A program made the translations under genes and the position numbers. From Lysobacterales bacterium (lineage in GTDB: Bacteria; Pseudomonadota; Gammaproteobacteria; Xanthomonadales; SZUA-5), in the NCBI GenBank assembly GCA_022844165.1, contig JALHMH010000002.1, positions 96,001 through 160,000 on the forward strand: DNA of 64,000 nt, written 5' to 3'. The notes under the pieces are model-generated. The model made no database searches. It had not been told where the DNA came from and saw only the letters and a list, made by a program, of their open reading frames with translations. Position 1 is the first letter of the stretch. Every line of letters begins with the position of its first letter. Of this stretch, positions 9,078 to 19,283 are shown one piece after another.

Positions 9078-11498
9078 CTACAGGCTCAGCATCCGATCGC
9101 CGCGATCGAACGCCGATTCGAATACACCGATGCCCGGAACGTGCAGCGCCACGATGCCGAGCGATGCCGGTTCGCCACTGGCGTAACCCTCAGGCGTGTT
9201 GTCCTCAAACACGGATTCGTTGCCGTTGTTTATCAGTAGCCGGGTGCCACTACCCAAAGTACCGAGCAACAAATCGACATCGCCATCGCCGTCGAGGTCG
9301 ACGAATTGCGCATCGAGTACCGATCCGGCGTGCGACTTGGTAAGCCACTTCGATCCATCGACAAAACGGCCGCTGCCATCGTTCAACAGCAGCCGCGGCT
9401 GCGCGGCTGCCGGGTCGGCAAAGTTGACATTCGCAAAGTACAGATCGAGGTCCTTGTCGCCGTCGATGTCACCCACCGCAATTTTGCGGGTTTCCTCAGG
9501 ATTTTCTGGCGCCGGCAAAGACGTCTCTGTGACATCGACGAAACGCTCGCCCTCGTTGCGATAAAGACGATTGCGACCGCCGCCACCAGGCTCGTTTCCG
9601 GCGACCAGATCGAGATCGCCATCGCCGTCGAGATCGGCGAGTTTCAAGTCCTGCGTGATGTCGACAACATCCGGCATCCATACTTTGGATACATTGCTAA
9701 AGCGCCCTGAGCCGTCGTTGAGAAGCACCAGTTCCCGCTCGGTGTTGCGCGACAGCACCAGATCGAGATCGCCATCGCCGTCGAGGTCGCCTGCGACGCC
9801 GGCATTAGAGGTGGTTTCGCTCGGCAGCGGATGTGGCGCGGTCGAAAAGCGACCGCTGCCATCATTGACCAGGTACTCGTTGATGGTCGTATCTTCGCTG
9901 GGAAAGACGACGTCCAGATCGCCATCGCCATCGAAGTCGCCAAGCACAGCGTCCTCCGAGTCCTGATCGCTGGCGGGCAAAGCGTCCTCTGCGGGCACGA
10001 AACGCTCGCCTTCGCGAAGCAGCAGTACATTCCGGGCGAACTCTTTGGCCAGCAGCAAATCGTCGTCGCCATCGCCATCGACGTCGCCGAGACTGGCGTC
10101 CATCGTGCGCCCCGCGCCAGTGCCGGCAGGCAATCGATCCAGTGTGAGGTCGCGCGCATCGAAAGCGCGTAACCCAGTCTTGGGTTGCAACCAGCGGTCG
10201 ATATGCCGCGCAGCGGTTCCCGAATAAATGCCGGGTTTACCGAGCGCCGCGAAGGCGGCGGGTTCGCTGAGCGCTGCGCCAAAGCCGTGGTCGCTGCCCT
10301 CCACCAGAACGAACTGGCCATCGACCTCATTGGCGCGAACGGCCTCCGCCAGGAGCTCGTGATCGCGTTGCGCCGCGACGAAGTCGGCGGCGCCATGCAG
10401 CGCCAGCACCGGCGTTTTCGCGGTTGCCCAGGCGTCGGCGACATTCACTTTCGCCAGTTGCTGCCAGAATGTCACCGAGCGCCCGTTCCACAGTCCATCG
10501 GCAATGTTCTCGGCCAGCATCGGAGCCAACGACGGACGTTGCTCTTCGATCTCGGCGGGAGACAATCCCTCGATCAGCAGGGCGCTATTCAAAGCTGCAC
10601 GCCCCGTGAGCGCCGCGTGTATGGTGCTGGCCGATTCGCCACCAAGCCGAAACTGACGTCGCGCGTTTTCCAGGTCGTATTCGTTCCAGGTGCGAAACAC
10701 CGTACCGTAGACCACGATTCCGGCAACATCGTTGTCCTTTGCAAGCAGCGGCGCCCATATGCCGCCCATACTGTGACCGATCAGGTAAATGCGCTTCGGA
10801 TCGACATCCGCTCGGGCGCGCAGCGCCATCAATGCGGCGCGATAACCGGCGAGCTCCGTCTCAAAATCCAGCGCCGCACCAGGACCGCCTTCGCTATCGC
10901 CACTGCCTGGTTTGTCGACGCGCATCGTCACGTAACCGGCGCGGGCGAAGGGCCCGAGCAGTCGTGCATACGGGTTGCCATCGGTCAGCGGCGTATCGAT
11001 GCTGGACAGGGTGACGCCCTGAATCAGCATCAGAGCAGGATGCGTCTTTTGCTTCGAGTCGGGGACCGACACCAACGTGCGCAGCCGCGCGTTATCGACG
11101 CTGCGGACCGAACCATATTCAACCCGATAGCCAGGCCCTTCGGTCTCCATCGCCCGCGGGCGCGTTTCGCCTGTCTTGACGAGACGCTGACCTTCGCGAT
11201 CGACCGCGATCGACACGGGCACGCCGCTGCGGCTGGTGGCGACCCATGCGAAGACATCGTCCAGTGCGCGGATCGGTCGGCCGTCGATTTCCCGAAGCAC
11301 GTCATTGGATGCCAATTCCAGCGCTTGCGCAGTTGTGCCGGGCAACACCGTCATGATGCGAACCCCGCCCGGCTCATTCGCCAATTGCGCGCCAAGCGCA
11401 CCCCTGCGTGGCAGATCGTCTGCCGCATGCGACCCCAACGCGATGCCCGATAACAGACTGGCAGCGAACAATTGAAAGAAGAGCAGCTTCGAGCGCAT
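9078..11498 (-). CDS. Secreted PDZ + alpha/beta hydrolase + FG-GAP/VCBS repeat fusion protein
   Basis: Signal peptide; PDZ (RRGALGAQL..NDVLREIDG); hydrolase (DKPGSGDSEG, GHSMGG, HGAAD, DHG); six GD(V/L/F/I)DGDGDxDL-type repeats. Confidence 0.85.
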   Translation of the reverse strand: MRSKLLFFQLFAASLLSGIALGSHAADDLPRRGALGAQLANEPGGVRIMTVLPGTTAQALELASNDVLREIDGRPIRALDDVFAWVATSRSGVPVSIAVDREGQRLVKTGETRPRAMETEGPGYRVEYGSVRSVDNARLRTLVSVPDSKQKTHPALMLIQGVTLSSIDTPLTDGNPYARLLGPFARAGYVTMRVDKPGSGDSEGGPGAALDFETELAGYRAALMALRARADVDPKRIYLIGHSMGGIWAPLLAKDNDVAGIVVYGTVFRTWNEYDLENARRQFRLGGESASTIHAALTGRAALNSALLIEGLSPAEIEEQRPSLAPMLAENIADGLWNGRSVTFWQQLAKVNVADAWATAKTPVLALHGAADFVAAQRDHELLAEAVRANEVDGQFVLVEGSDHGFGAALSEPAAFAALGKPGIYSGTAARHIDRWLQPKTGLRAFDARDLTLDRLPAGTGAGRTMDASLGDVDGDGDDDLLLAKEFARNVLLLREGERFVPAEDALPASDQDSEDAVLGDFDGDGDLDVVFPSEDTTINEYLVNDGSGRFSTAPHPLPSETTSNAGVAGDLDGDGDLDLVLSRNTERELVLLNDGSGRFSNVSKVWMPDVVDITQDLKLADLDGDGDLDLVAGNEPGGGGRNRLYRNEGERFVDVTETSLPAPENPEETRKIAVGDIDGDKDLDLYFANVNFADPAAAQPRLLLNDGSGRFVDGSKWLTKSHAGSVLDAQFVDLDGDGDVDLLLGTLGSGTRLLINNGNESVFEDNTPEGYASGEPASLGIVALHVPGIGVFESAFDRGDRMLSL

Positions 11499-11724
11499 CG
11501 TCGATGGCCTTGGGTCGAGAACGAACTGGCTAACATGCGCTTGCAAGCGAAAGCTAAGTCTTGCGTGCTAGCGCTCTGCAGAAAGCCCGCGATGCAACTG
11601 GCATAGCGCGGTTTCGTCGCCACAGCATGTCCGTTCGCGTTTGCGAAAGGTAATGTCGGAAGTCAGGGGGAAGCTCGCCGAGATTTCGCGAGTGGCGCTG
11701 CGGGTGCAGCAAAGCGATTCAGGA

Positions 11725-11990
11725 ACCGGGTGCGCTGGATACCCTCCACCGCAATCTCGAGCGCGTTCATCGATCGAATCGGTCAGACGCTGCCTGCCCG
11801 CTTACAGCATGGGCAGCAAAAGGTCAGACAGCGTCTGGCCAATTGGGCGCGTTCCGCCTGAGCTGGTCGCGCTGTGTGTTTCTGATGGGCATCAAGAACG
11901 CCGACGAACGCAGCTTCTACGAGATCGAAGCGGCAGATCAAGGCTGTGGAAACGGCGAGCAAATTGTCAACGGAAATAGCGGCAGCGTGC
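11725..11990 (+). pseudogene. Remnant of a DUF1016/YhcG (PDDEXK nuclease) N-terminal domain
   Basis: Fragments RIGQTLPAR and KGQTASGQL, then FRLSWSRCVFLMGIKNADERSFYEIEAADQG, which matches the YhcG LSWSHY...ERxFYEIEA motif. No intact ORF; boundaries approximate. Confidence 0.65.
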
Positions 11991-12175
11991 TGATTGCACT
12001 TGACGATGGCGCAAAGCGCATGGCGCCGTTCAAACGTTGACGAAACGCGCCGGGTACACACCACGGCAGCATCGGAGCTGGCGTTTGGGATGCAGCGGAT
12101 TCGGATGGCGCCAAGGGACGTAGTCGATTCTCGGCGAAGATCGCGGAAATGCGTTACGGACTCTTCTGAGGCATA

Positions 12176-14230
12176 GTGCAGGTTGCCATCGGAAGAACAA
12201 TCGTGACCGAACGGAGCTCCGGCGTAGCTGACAACCCTGGCCGCTACCGCCGCCAGCGCAGTCTTTATGCCGAGGACATTGCGGGCTTTTTGTCTCGCAG
12301 TCATGAATCCGTCCTGGGGGTACTCGTGGGCGCCACGGGCTTTCCGGTCACGCTCGAACAGCGCCGAGCGTGGTCCGAGCAAGTTGAAATCCTTCGGGGC
12401 TCGCTGGCCGGATTGGAAGGGCGCGGGCGGCTCTACTTCGAGTACGCGATACCGCGACTGGGTAAATGGATCGATGTGCTGCTGGTGCTCGATCACGTTC
12501 TCTTTGTGATCGAATTCAAAGTCGGCCAAGCGGCCTTTAATCGCGCTGCAATTGATCAGGTCTGGGACTACGCGCTCGACCTTCGCAACTTCCACGAAAC
12601 CAGCCACAATATTCCGATTGCACCAGTCCTAGTCGCAACCAAGGCGAAACCCCTGATTATTGGCGTCGTGCAACGCGCCAACGATCCGCTGATGCCGGAG
12701 CCCGTATGTGTCGGCGCCCCACAGATGCGAGTCGCCATTTGAGCAAGTACTGGACCTCCTCACCGGCCCGAGTATCGTACCCGACGCTTGGGAGCGTGGG
12801 CGGTACCAGCCCACGCCGACGATCATCGAAGCCGCTCGTGCGCTCTATGCCGGACATTCGGTGGAGGACATCTCACGGAGCGACGCGGGTGCGGTCAACC
12901 TGACGCGCACCTCAGCGGTGATCGATCGCATCATCCGCGACGCGCGCGTCGAAGGGCGCAAGGCAATTTGCTTCGTTACTGGCGTACCGGGCGCCGGCAA
13001 AACGTTGGTCGGCCTGGACGTAGCCACCAAACACCGCGACAAGAATGCGCTGCACTGCGTGTTCTTGTCTGGCAACGGTCCGCTCGTTGCCGTGCTTCGC
13101 GAAGCGCTAGCGCGCGATCACGTGCAGCGCGAACTCGCCGCAGCCGCAAGGTCACCAAGGGCGAAGCGCGCCGATTGGTCAGCGCCTTCATTCAGAACGT
13201 GCACCACTTTCGCGACGAGTGCCTAGTCGACCCGAGCCAGCCGCCGGTCGATCACGTGGCGTTGTTCGACGAAGCGCAGCGTGCGTGGGATCGAACGCAA
13301 ACCAGCTTTTTCATGCGCCGCAAGAAGAACCAGCCGGATTTCGATCAGTCCGAACCCGAATTCCTGATCTCCTGCCTCGACCGCCATACTGATTGGGCGG
13401 TGGTCGTTTGCCTCATCGGTGGTGGACAGGAAATCAACACCGGCGAGGCTGGCGTGAGCGAGTGGTTCGATGCGCTGCTGAGCCGTTTCCCCAATTGGGA
13501 AGTGCACCTGTCAACCAAGCTGCACGGCAGCGAGTACCGGGCGGAAGAAGGCATCGCCCAGCTACGCGCCAGCCACACCGTCATCGATCACGAAGCGCTG
13601 CATCTCGCCACCTCCATGCGCTCGTTCCGCGCTGAGCGCCTCAGCGAGTTTGTGAGATTGGTGCTGGAGCGCGAAGTGATCGCCGCACGGGAAGTGCACC
13701 GCGAATTTGCAGACTGTTATCCCATCGTTCTAACGCGCAGCTTGGCGCGAGCCAAGGAATGGCTTCGCGATCACGCTCGCGGACAGGAGCGCTACGGAAT
13801 TGTCGTTTCCTCGCAAGCGCAGCGCCTAAAGCCCCACGCCATCGATGTCCGCCCCAAAGTTGATCCAGTGCATTGGTTCTTGCACGATAAAGACGACGTA
13901 CGCTCGTCCTATCACCTTGAAGACGTTGGCACCGAGTTTCTGGTTCAGGGCCTCGAACTAGATTGGGCTTGCGTGGTTTGGGACGCCGACCTACGTCATG
14001 GCAAAGGCGGTTGGCAACACAACGAATTCGTCGGAGCCCGCTGGAACCGAATTCGCAAAGCGCCGCGCCAGCGCTACCTCGAAAACGCCTACCGCGTGCT
14101 GCTGACCCGAGCGCGCCAAGGCATGATCATTGTGGTGCCCGAGGGCGACGATGGCGACCCTACCCGGCGGCCGGAGCTGTATGACGCGACATATGAGTTT
14201 CTTGGCGGGACGGGGATGGCAGTGCTCTAG
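12176..14230 (+). pseudogene. DUF2075 (Schlafen group 3-like) nuclease-helicase split by two frameshifts
   Basis: Segment 1: FEYAIPRLGKWIDVLL..VIEFK (PD-(D/E)xK-like). Segment 2: Walker A GVPGAGKT and LSGNGPL. Segment 3: [31 protein letters not shown]. Indels near 12740 and 13143. Confidence 0.85.
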
Positions 14231-14748
14231 GAAACACATCGTTGAGAAAAGCTAGTTTCAATCCGAATTTTCCCTCGCCTGCGTCACGGCCTGAAGCAGC
14301 CTGTTGATCTCGGCCCCTTCGCATTCGCGACACGCAGCACGCCCTCGCTGTCGATTGTCCAGTCAGCGGCGCGGGCTTCGATTGACGTGATTGCCGGGCG
14401 GATTGCGGCATATGACGCGAGTACGGCGCCAGTGGCTCAAGGACATCTGCTTCGAAAGGAGCCTAGTGACCCGGTGAGGTGCCACACATGGGATTCTTCG
14501 TGCCGCTGGCGCCTGGGCGCGTTGGCTTCACGCTGAGATCCAGACTCCACGAACGACCGCCTCGCCCAAAATCCAAGGTCCGCGACGATCCCGCGCTTCG
14601 CCGATGGATATCGTGGTTTTTCGTTTGCGGCTCGCCGATAAGGCCATATACGCCTGCACGTCGGAGGCGATCGCTGGACCGGCTGCCGCGACACCTCGCC
14701 GCCCGCTGCGATTCCGATCGATGCACAACCCGACGATCTGCTGCGCGC

Positions 14749-14843
14749 CGGCCACGTAGAGCGCCTGTCGATGCCGGGCCGGGAGACGCAGTCGGCCGGG
14801 GGTTTGGCGTAAGAGCAGGGCGATTGCTAATCCCAAGAGACCA
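14749..14843. repeat. ~95-bp direct repeat, copy 1
   Basis: cggccacgtagagcgcctgtcgatgccggg...gcgattgctaatcccaagagacca; about 6 differences from copy 2. Confidence 0.9.
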
Positions 14844-14890
14844 GCCTGAGGGACAAGGAGATCAACCACCACCCAGGCAGCACAATCCGC

Positions 14891-15289
14891 TTACGGCACA
14901 ATCACGGTCGGTTCCAAGCCGAGCTTTCTTGCTTTGCGGGCGAATCCCTTGTCGTCGAATGTCGCCAGCCCCTCGCAATTGCCGCTCAGGGCCCAATGCA
15001 GGGCATCGGGGAATTGGATGCGTTGGCGCGCGGCTTGGATCGCTCGCGCCACGGCCGAGGACGATTCAACCTTGAACGCAGGGCTGCGACATAGGTGCTC
15101 CAGCACGTCAAGTACCTTTGCCGGAGAGATTCCGTAGCTGTTTTCCAAAACCCAGTAAAGTTCTTGGACGACGCTGACGGCCACAAAGCAAGGCGCGTGG
15201 TCTTCGAGCCACTTCAAGGCGCGCTTTGCCTGCGCTTTGTCATCCTGCGTGTAGTACCGCACCAGCAGATTGGTGTCCGTTGCCCACAT
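14891..15289 (-). CDS. vapC: VapC/PIN-domain toxin
   Basis: Start MWATDTNLLVRY; VVQELYWVL, FPDAL and LATFDD acidic PIN residues; TGATG overlap with the antitoxin. Confidence 0.88.
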   Translation of the reverse strand: MWATDTNLLVRYYTQDDKAQAKRALKWLEDHAPCFVAVSVVQELYWVLENSYGISPAKVLDVLEHLCRSPAFKVESSSAVARAIQAARQRIQFPDALHWALSGNCEGLATFDDKGFARKARKLGLEPTVIVP

Positions 15290-15555
15290 CAGGGCGTCTT
15301 CTTTCGAAACGCCGATCGGACGGCATCGCGCATCTCTGTCGGCGTGCGCGCCGGACCTTGGTAAGCAGCGATTTCCGCCCCGGCTCTGAGCGAGCGCAGA
15401 ATGTCTTCGCGCGTAGTCTCTTGCTGGACGGTCAGATGCAGGCCCTGCGCGTCTTCGGTAAACGCAATCGTCGAGCCTTCGCCAATGCCCCAACGCTCCC
15501 GGAGGGGCTTGGGTATGACCACCTGACCTTTGCTGGAAACTTGTGCCTGATACAC
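15289..15555 (-). CDS. AbrB/MazE/SpoVT-family antitoxin
   Basis: AQVSSKGQVVIPKPLRERWGIGEG motif; GTG start; tandem GTAAGAA repeats upstream (15571-15589) are a possible autorepression site. Confidence 0.88.
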   Translation of the reverse strand: MYQAQVSSKGQVVIPKPLRERWGIGEGSTIAFTEDAQGLHLTVQQETTREDILRSLRAGAEIAAYQGPARTPTEMRDAVRSAFRKKTP

Positions 15556-15660
15556 GGCAATTGTCCGCAAGTAAGAACGTTGGTAAGAATACCTTCTCGC
15601 CGTGCGCCAGGCAAAATCATCGTGAACAAGCCGCTGGGTTTCTTCGAGGCGATCACGCCT

Positions 15661-15754
15661 CGGCCACGTAGTGCGCCTGTCGATGCCGGGCCGGGAAACG
15701 CAGTCGGCCGGGGGTTGGCGTCAGAGCTGGGCGATTGCTAATCCCAAAAGACCA
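15661..15754. repeat. ~95-bp direct repeat, copy 2
   Basis: cggccacgtagtgcgcctgtcgatgccggg...gcgattgctaatcccaaaagacca. Confidence 0.9.
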
Positions 15755-16004
15755 ATCGCTCCCTGACTTTCCATCGGATGTCGTCGGCGTCCGTCGGCTT
15801 CCGAGCTACTTACCTGTAGCTGCTAGTGCAATTGACCAGAGCCCCCGACGCCTTATGGCTAGCGCAACTCGGCGAGGTTGTGCAACGTCGATCCGGAAAC
15901 GAAGCACGAGCACCGCAAAGCGAAGCCGAGGCGCCTGCGGTCGTAATGCAGACTTCCACGCGCACGCCTACGCTGGTCGGCGTCACCTTTCGGTTGCCAC
16001 CCTC

Positions 16005-16457
16005 ATGCCGATTCGCTCGCTACTGATGTTCGCGGTGCTCACACTCTCATACCCGGCGGCGGCTGCATTCGCCTCGGCGTCGACGGACTGCACGTCGCTC
16101 GACGATTGCATTGACCGCATTGCAGAACTCGGACGAGCGACTGATGCGAAGCGCCAACTGTCGCCACAACATCGGGCGTCGATCGACGCGGTACTGAGCT
16201 TCGGGGAGGCCGCAGTTTCGCCTCTGGTGGCGCTGCTGTCGGACCCGAATGAAGGCGTTGCCAATCTGGCGGCGGCCGCCTTGCGTGATGCGCCACGGAT
16301 CGATCCCTCACATCTGCCGGCAGTTCGCGCCGGACTCGATCGAAAGCTTGGTTGGCTGGCGCCAGCGTTGGGCCGGCATCGGGGTGAGCTGTCCAACCGG
16401 GCGTTGCAGTCGGGCGGACGCGTCGGTCGCTTCGCTCCCTCTCGCGTCCGCCGCTGA
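16005..16457 (+). pseudogene. Truncated exported HEAT-repeat protein
   Basis: Signal peptide MPIRSLL..AFA and HEAT-like AVSPLVALLSDPNEGVANLAAAAL. The ORF then reads through an attC-like hairpin, implying loss of the 3' end. Confidence 0.55.
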
Positions 16458-16475
16458 ACGCCAGTATCGTCAGGC
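16391..16475 (+). mobile_element. Integron attC-like recombination site
   Basis: R'' GTCCAAC, 5-nt spacer, L'' GTT(G)CAGT with an extrahelical G pairing L' GCTGAAC, perfect 10-bp stem GGCGGACGCG/CGCGTCCGCC, R' GTCAGGC (GTT changed to GTC). Confidence 0.75.
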
Positions 16476-16506
16476 CGCTCAGAAACGACCAGAGTTGCCA
16501 GTCGCT

Positions 16507-16905
16507 ATGCTGTTCTTCTTCCCGACCCAGACTGTCGCAGTGGTAAGCGCGCCATACGAGCGCCCCTATGCAGATCCAATCTCGCTCAAGGCCGGCGACC
16601 GCGTGCAGATTGACGCCGAGAAAACGAAGGAGACAGACATACTCGGCTGGTCGTGGTGCACGGGACCTGACCGTCGACAAGGTTGGGTACCAAACGGCTG
16701 GATCACGCATCAGTCCGGCACTGCACAGATCGTGCGCGACTTCAACGCGCTTGAGCTCACCATCAAGGTAGGAGATCGCGTTACCCTACACCACAGCGAG
16801 AGTGGATTCGTTTTCGTCACTCACGAAGACGGAGCTGCTGGCTGGGTTCCGGATGCTTGTCTGCAGCTGCTTCAAGATTGGGAGAGTAACTATCCTGCCG
16901 CGTAG
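16507..16905 (+). CDS. Tandem SH3-domain protein (cassette-like ORF)
   Basis: Two SH3-like units (ISLKAGDRV..WSWC..GWVP and LTIKVGDRV..GWVP); starts about 30 bp after the attC. Confidence 0.75.
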   Translation: MLFFFPTQTVAVVSAPYERPYADPISLKAGDRVQIDAEKTKETDILGWSWCTGPDRRQGWVPNGWITHQSGTAQIVRDFNALELTIKVGDRVTLHHSESGFVFVTHEDGAAGWVPDACLQLLQDWESNYPAA

Positions 16906-16909
16906 CGGA

Positions 16910-16955
16910 CCTGACCCGGTCCTTGACCCGTCGCTCTTGACCCGTCCTTGACCCC
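16910..16955. repeat. Short imperfect tandem repeat (C)CTTGACCCGT x4
   Basis: cctgacccggt ccttgacccgt cgctcttgacccgt ccttgacccc, directly after the SH3 stop codon. Confidence 0.75.
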
Positions 16956-17112
16956 GCCCATGGCCGAACCGCGAGACGACCACGTCGTGCGGCGGCCGCC
17001 ACAACGATCTGCGCTGCTGGCTTCCTGAGCTGAGACGCTTGGAGCGATCGTGAGCCGTTTTTTGCTCGCAGTCCGCGTTTCTAGATGTACGTTCAACAAC
17101 GGGAGTTCTGCC

Positions 17113-17934
17113 GTGCGCTACTCGCTTTCTGTTCCCTGTGCCCTGTTTCTGATCTCGGTCGTCACCGCCGACGTTGCTGCCGCAAGCTCGAGTCCGGAGC
17201 CAGGCAACGACTATCGCTGCATGATCGAGCTCGATTCCGCGCGCCAACCGCAAGCACGGCTTCGCTGCGAGCACGGCGTCGACGAATCGGAAATCGAGGG
17301 CTCGGCTGAACATCCGCAAGCGACGCGAAACGCCGAACCGATTCCGGTCCCGTGGGATTCGCCCCGGACTTGAGGCCGCTTGAAGCACAGTCCGCATTTC
17401 GGGCTTTTCGATGACGGCGCGTAAGCGATCGACTGCACCCAGGGATACATCGCAGATTTCCCGGTGGGCGAATTGCGGATTTTTCCGGGGTACCTGCATC
17501 TGAGCTTCCATGGCAAAGCCGATGGCCTGGATCGATTGCGAGCGGTCGCCGATGGACTTTCCGACGACGGTTGGCTTGTGTGGACCCGAAGGACGCGGGC
17601 TTTGCCACCGGCTCGCCAACGCGCATGCAGTCGTTCGACGAATTGCTCGGCAGCTAGTCTGCTGCGAGAATGGGTTTGAGGCATCGCACTCGACTTAAGC
17701 TGGGACGACGGGGACGGCCGCACCGCTCGCATCGAGTTTGTGCGCGCGAGCGGTTGCTCGTTACCGGATCCGATGACGCTGCTGAAAGCCCGCGTGATCA
17801 AAGTGGACTACGGTGAAGGTGCGACCGAATTCGAAGACCTGCAGCTGGCGTTCGACACCGGCGCGGTGTTACAGATACACGGCTGCTTATTCAACAAGGG
17901 AATCGTCTCGCCGCCACGCCGGCGTGCGCGCTGA
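17113..17934 (+). pseudogene. Degraded exported hypothetical protein
   Basis: GGGAG RBS, GTG start and signal peptide. ORFs 17050, 17464 and 17740 share one frame, interrupted by in-frame stops at 17371, 17422 and 17677. Confidence 0.5.
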
Positions 17935-18064
17935 TTCGGGAAGAGCGGATCGGGCGACAGAAGATCGACAAGTAGGCACACTTGCTAGCGCCGACCACGA
18001 TCGGCGCCTTCGTCATTCCGACCTGTCGAAGCTCAACGTCCACCTTCACTCGGGTTTGCAGTTT

Positions 18065-18667
18065 ATGTCCTGGACATCTTCGCTATTTGCTTGCCTCGTC
18101 CCGCTCGCATCGGCAACCGATGGTCGTAACGCTCGTCAGCTCATTGCCGATACGACCGACATCGCTGAGCACGTCTTCGCGTCGTCGCGAAACGGCGCGC
18201 TGCCTGCGAATCTGAAGCTGGTCTGCGCGGGCTCGACGCACGGACAGCGCTTGTACTTGCTTGGCGATGAAGCAGTTCTCTTCGGCGCATCGCTTCGCGA
18301 GCAGTACGATCTGCTGGGTCGATTGCTCGCAGAGATCGAGCGCTCACCGTCCTTGGTGGTTGAAGCCATGAAGGAGCCATTTGAACCCTCGGGCGTACTG
18401 CTCTCGGAAGGATTCCACCCCGTTCCATTCGAACGGGTGTACCCGACGAATGCGGTGGTAAAGCATGGATGGATCTATGCGTACAACGAGGCGCAAATCC
18501 TGGCGTTACTGGCCTCAGCGCCGTGCCGCCCGCAGCCCTGCCCTGACGGCGACGACGATGGCGAGAGCCTCGAGTTTGTGTTTGCGCTGTTGAAGTCCCA
18601 TCGCGCCCTGTTAGCTCTGGCTATGGAACGCGATGCCGCGATCGCGTTTGCAGAAATGAGCGACTGA
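18065..18667 (+). CDS. Hypothetical protein (~200 aa)
   Basis: Protein-like composition from MSWTSSLF; no recognisable motif. Confidence 0.5.
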   Translation: MSWTSSLFACLVPLASATDGRNARQLIADTTDIAEHVFASSRNGALPANLKLVCAGSTHGQRLYLLGDEAVLFGASLREQYDLLGRLLAEIERSPSLVVEAMKEPFEPSGVLLSEGFHPVPFERVYPTNAVVKHGWIYAYNEAQILALLASAPCRPQPCPDGDDDGESLEFVFALLKSHRALLALAMERDAAIAFAEMSD

Positions 18668-18871
18668 ACAGGGGCCCGGCTTTCACTTTGCGGCGGCCCG
18701 ACTTCGAATGGCACGCTCAGGCGGGACTCGCCGAGCGTCCGCAGTTTGTATTCGAATAGCAGCGATGCATGCCGACGCCGACGCGTCGACTTCTCGGCTC
18801 GTGCGAATGTCGCCAGTTCTGCGTTTTTTGTTCGAGCAATGACAAACGAAGCTGTGGCTTTACATTTACGG

Positions 18872-18904
18872 CTACATCTGTAGTCTTTATGCCTACACAC
18901 GTAG
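18872..18904. promoter_or_regulatory. Two BlaI/MecI/CopY operator boxes (TACA-NN-TGTA)
   Basis: CTACATCTGTAG (18872-18883) and CTACACACGTAG (18893-18904) in an AT-rich patch just upstream of the BlaI-like gene. Confidence 0.82.
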
Positions 18905-18917
18905 TCTAAAGAGCGAT

Positions 18918-19283
18918 ATGGAACTCCCTGATGCTGAACTTGCCGTGCTGGAGGCGCTGTGGCGGGATGCGCCTCAATCGGCCGAGCAGCTCACCATGGC
19001 ACTGGCTGCCACGCGCGCCTGGAAACTGAACACGGTGAAAACACTACTGGCACGGATGCTGGCGCGCGGCGCCGTACGGCACGAGAAGGACGGTCGACGC
19101 TTTCTTTACTGGCCGGTGTGGGAGCGCAGAACCTTTCTCACCCAGGCCACGCGCCAGCTGCTCGACAGCTTCTTCGGCGGCAAGGTCACGCCTTTGGTCG
19201 CGCACTTGTCCAGCCAGCGCAAGCTGAGCGCGGCGGATCGACGCGCGTTGCGCGAGTTGCTCGACAGCTGGGAACAGCGCTGA
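18918..19283 (+). CDS. BlaI/MecI/CopY-family repressor
   Basis: LPDAELAVLEALW, WKLNTVKTLLARM, GRRFLYWP, SFFGGKVTPLVAHL. Confidence 0.93.
   Translation: MELPDAELAVLEALWRDAPQSAEQLTMALAATRAWKLNTVKTLLARMLARGAVRHEKDGRRFLYWPVWERRTFLTQATRQLLDSFFGGKVTPLVAHLSSQRKLSAADRRALRELLDSWEQR

Noticed and set aside
9300-10090. Repeated cgccatcgccgtcg DNA motifs
   Set aside because: Explained by FG-GAP (DGDGD) protein repeats.
12700-13150. Programmed ribosomal frameshifting in the DUF2075 gene
   Set aside because: No slippery heptamer is visible, and two opposite shifts would be needed; mutation or sequencing error is simpler.
14749-15754. Direct repeats considered as a CRISPR array or IS ends
   Set aside because: Only two copies, 95 bp long, about 820 bp apart and direct rather than inverted; no cas or transposase gene nearby.
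17113-17934. In-frame stops as stop-codon readthrough or recoding
   Set aside because: The stops are mixed (TGA, TAA, TGA) in a decayed region, and all other genes use the standard code.
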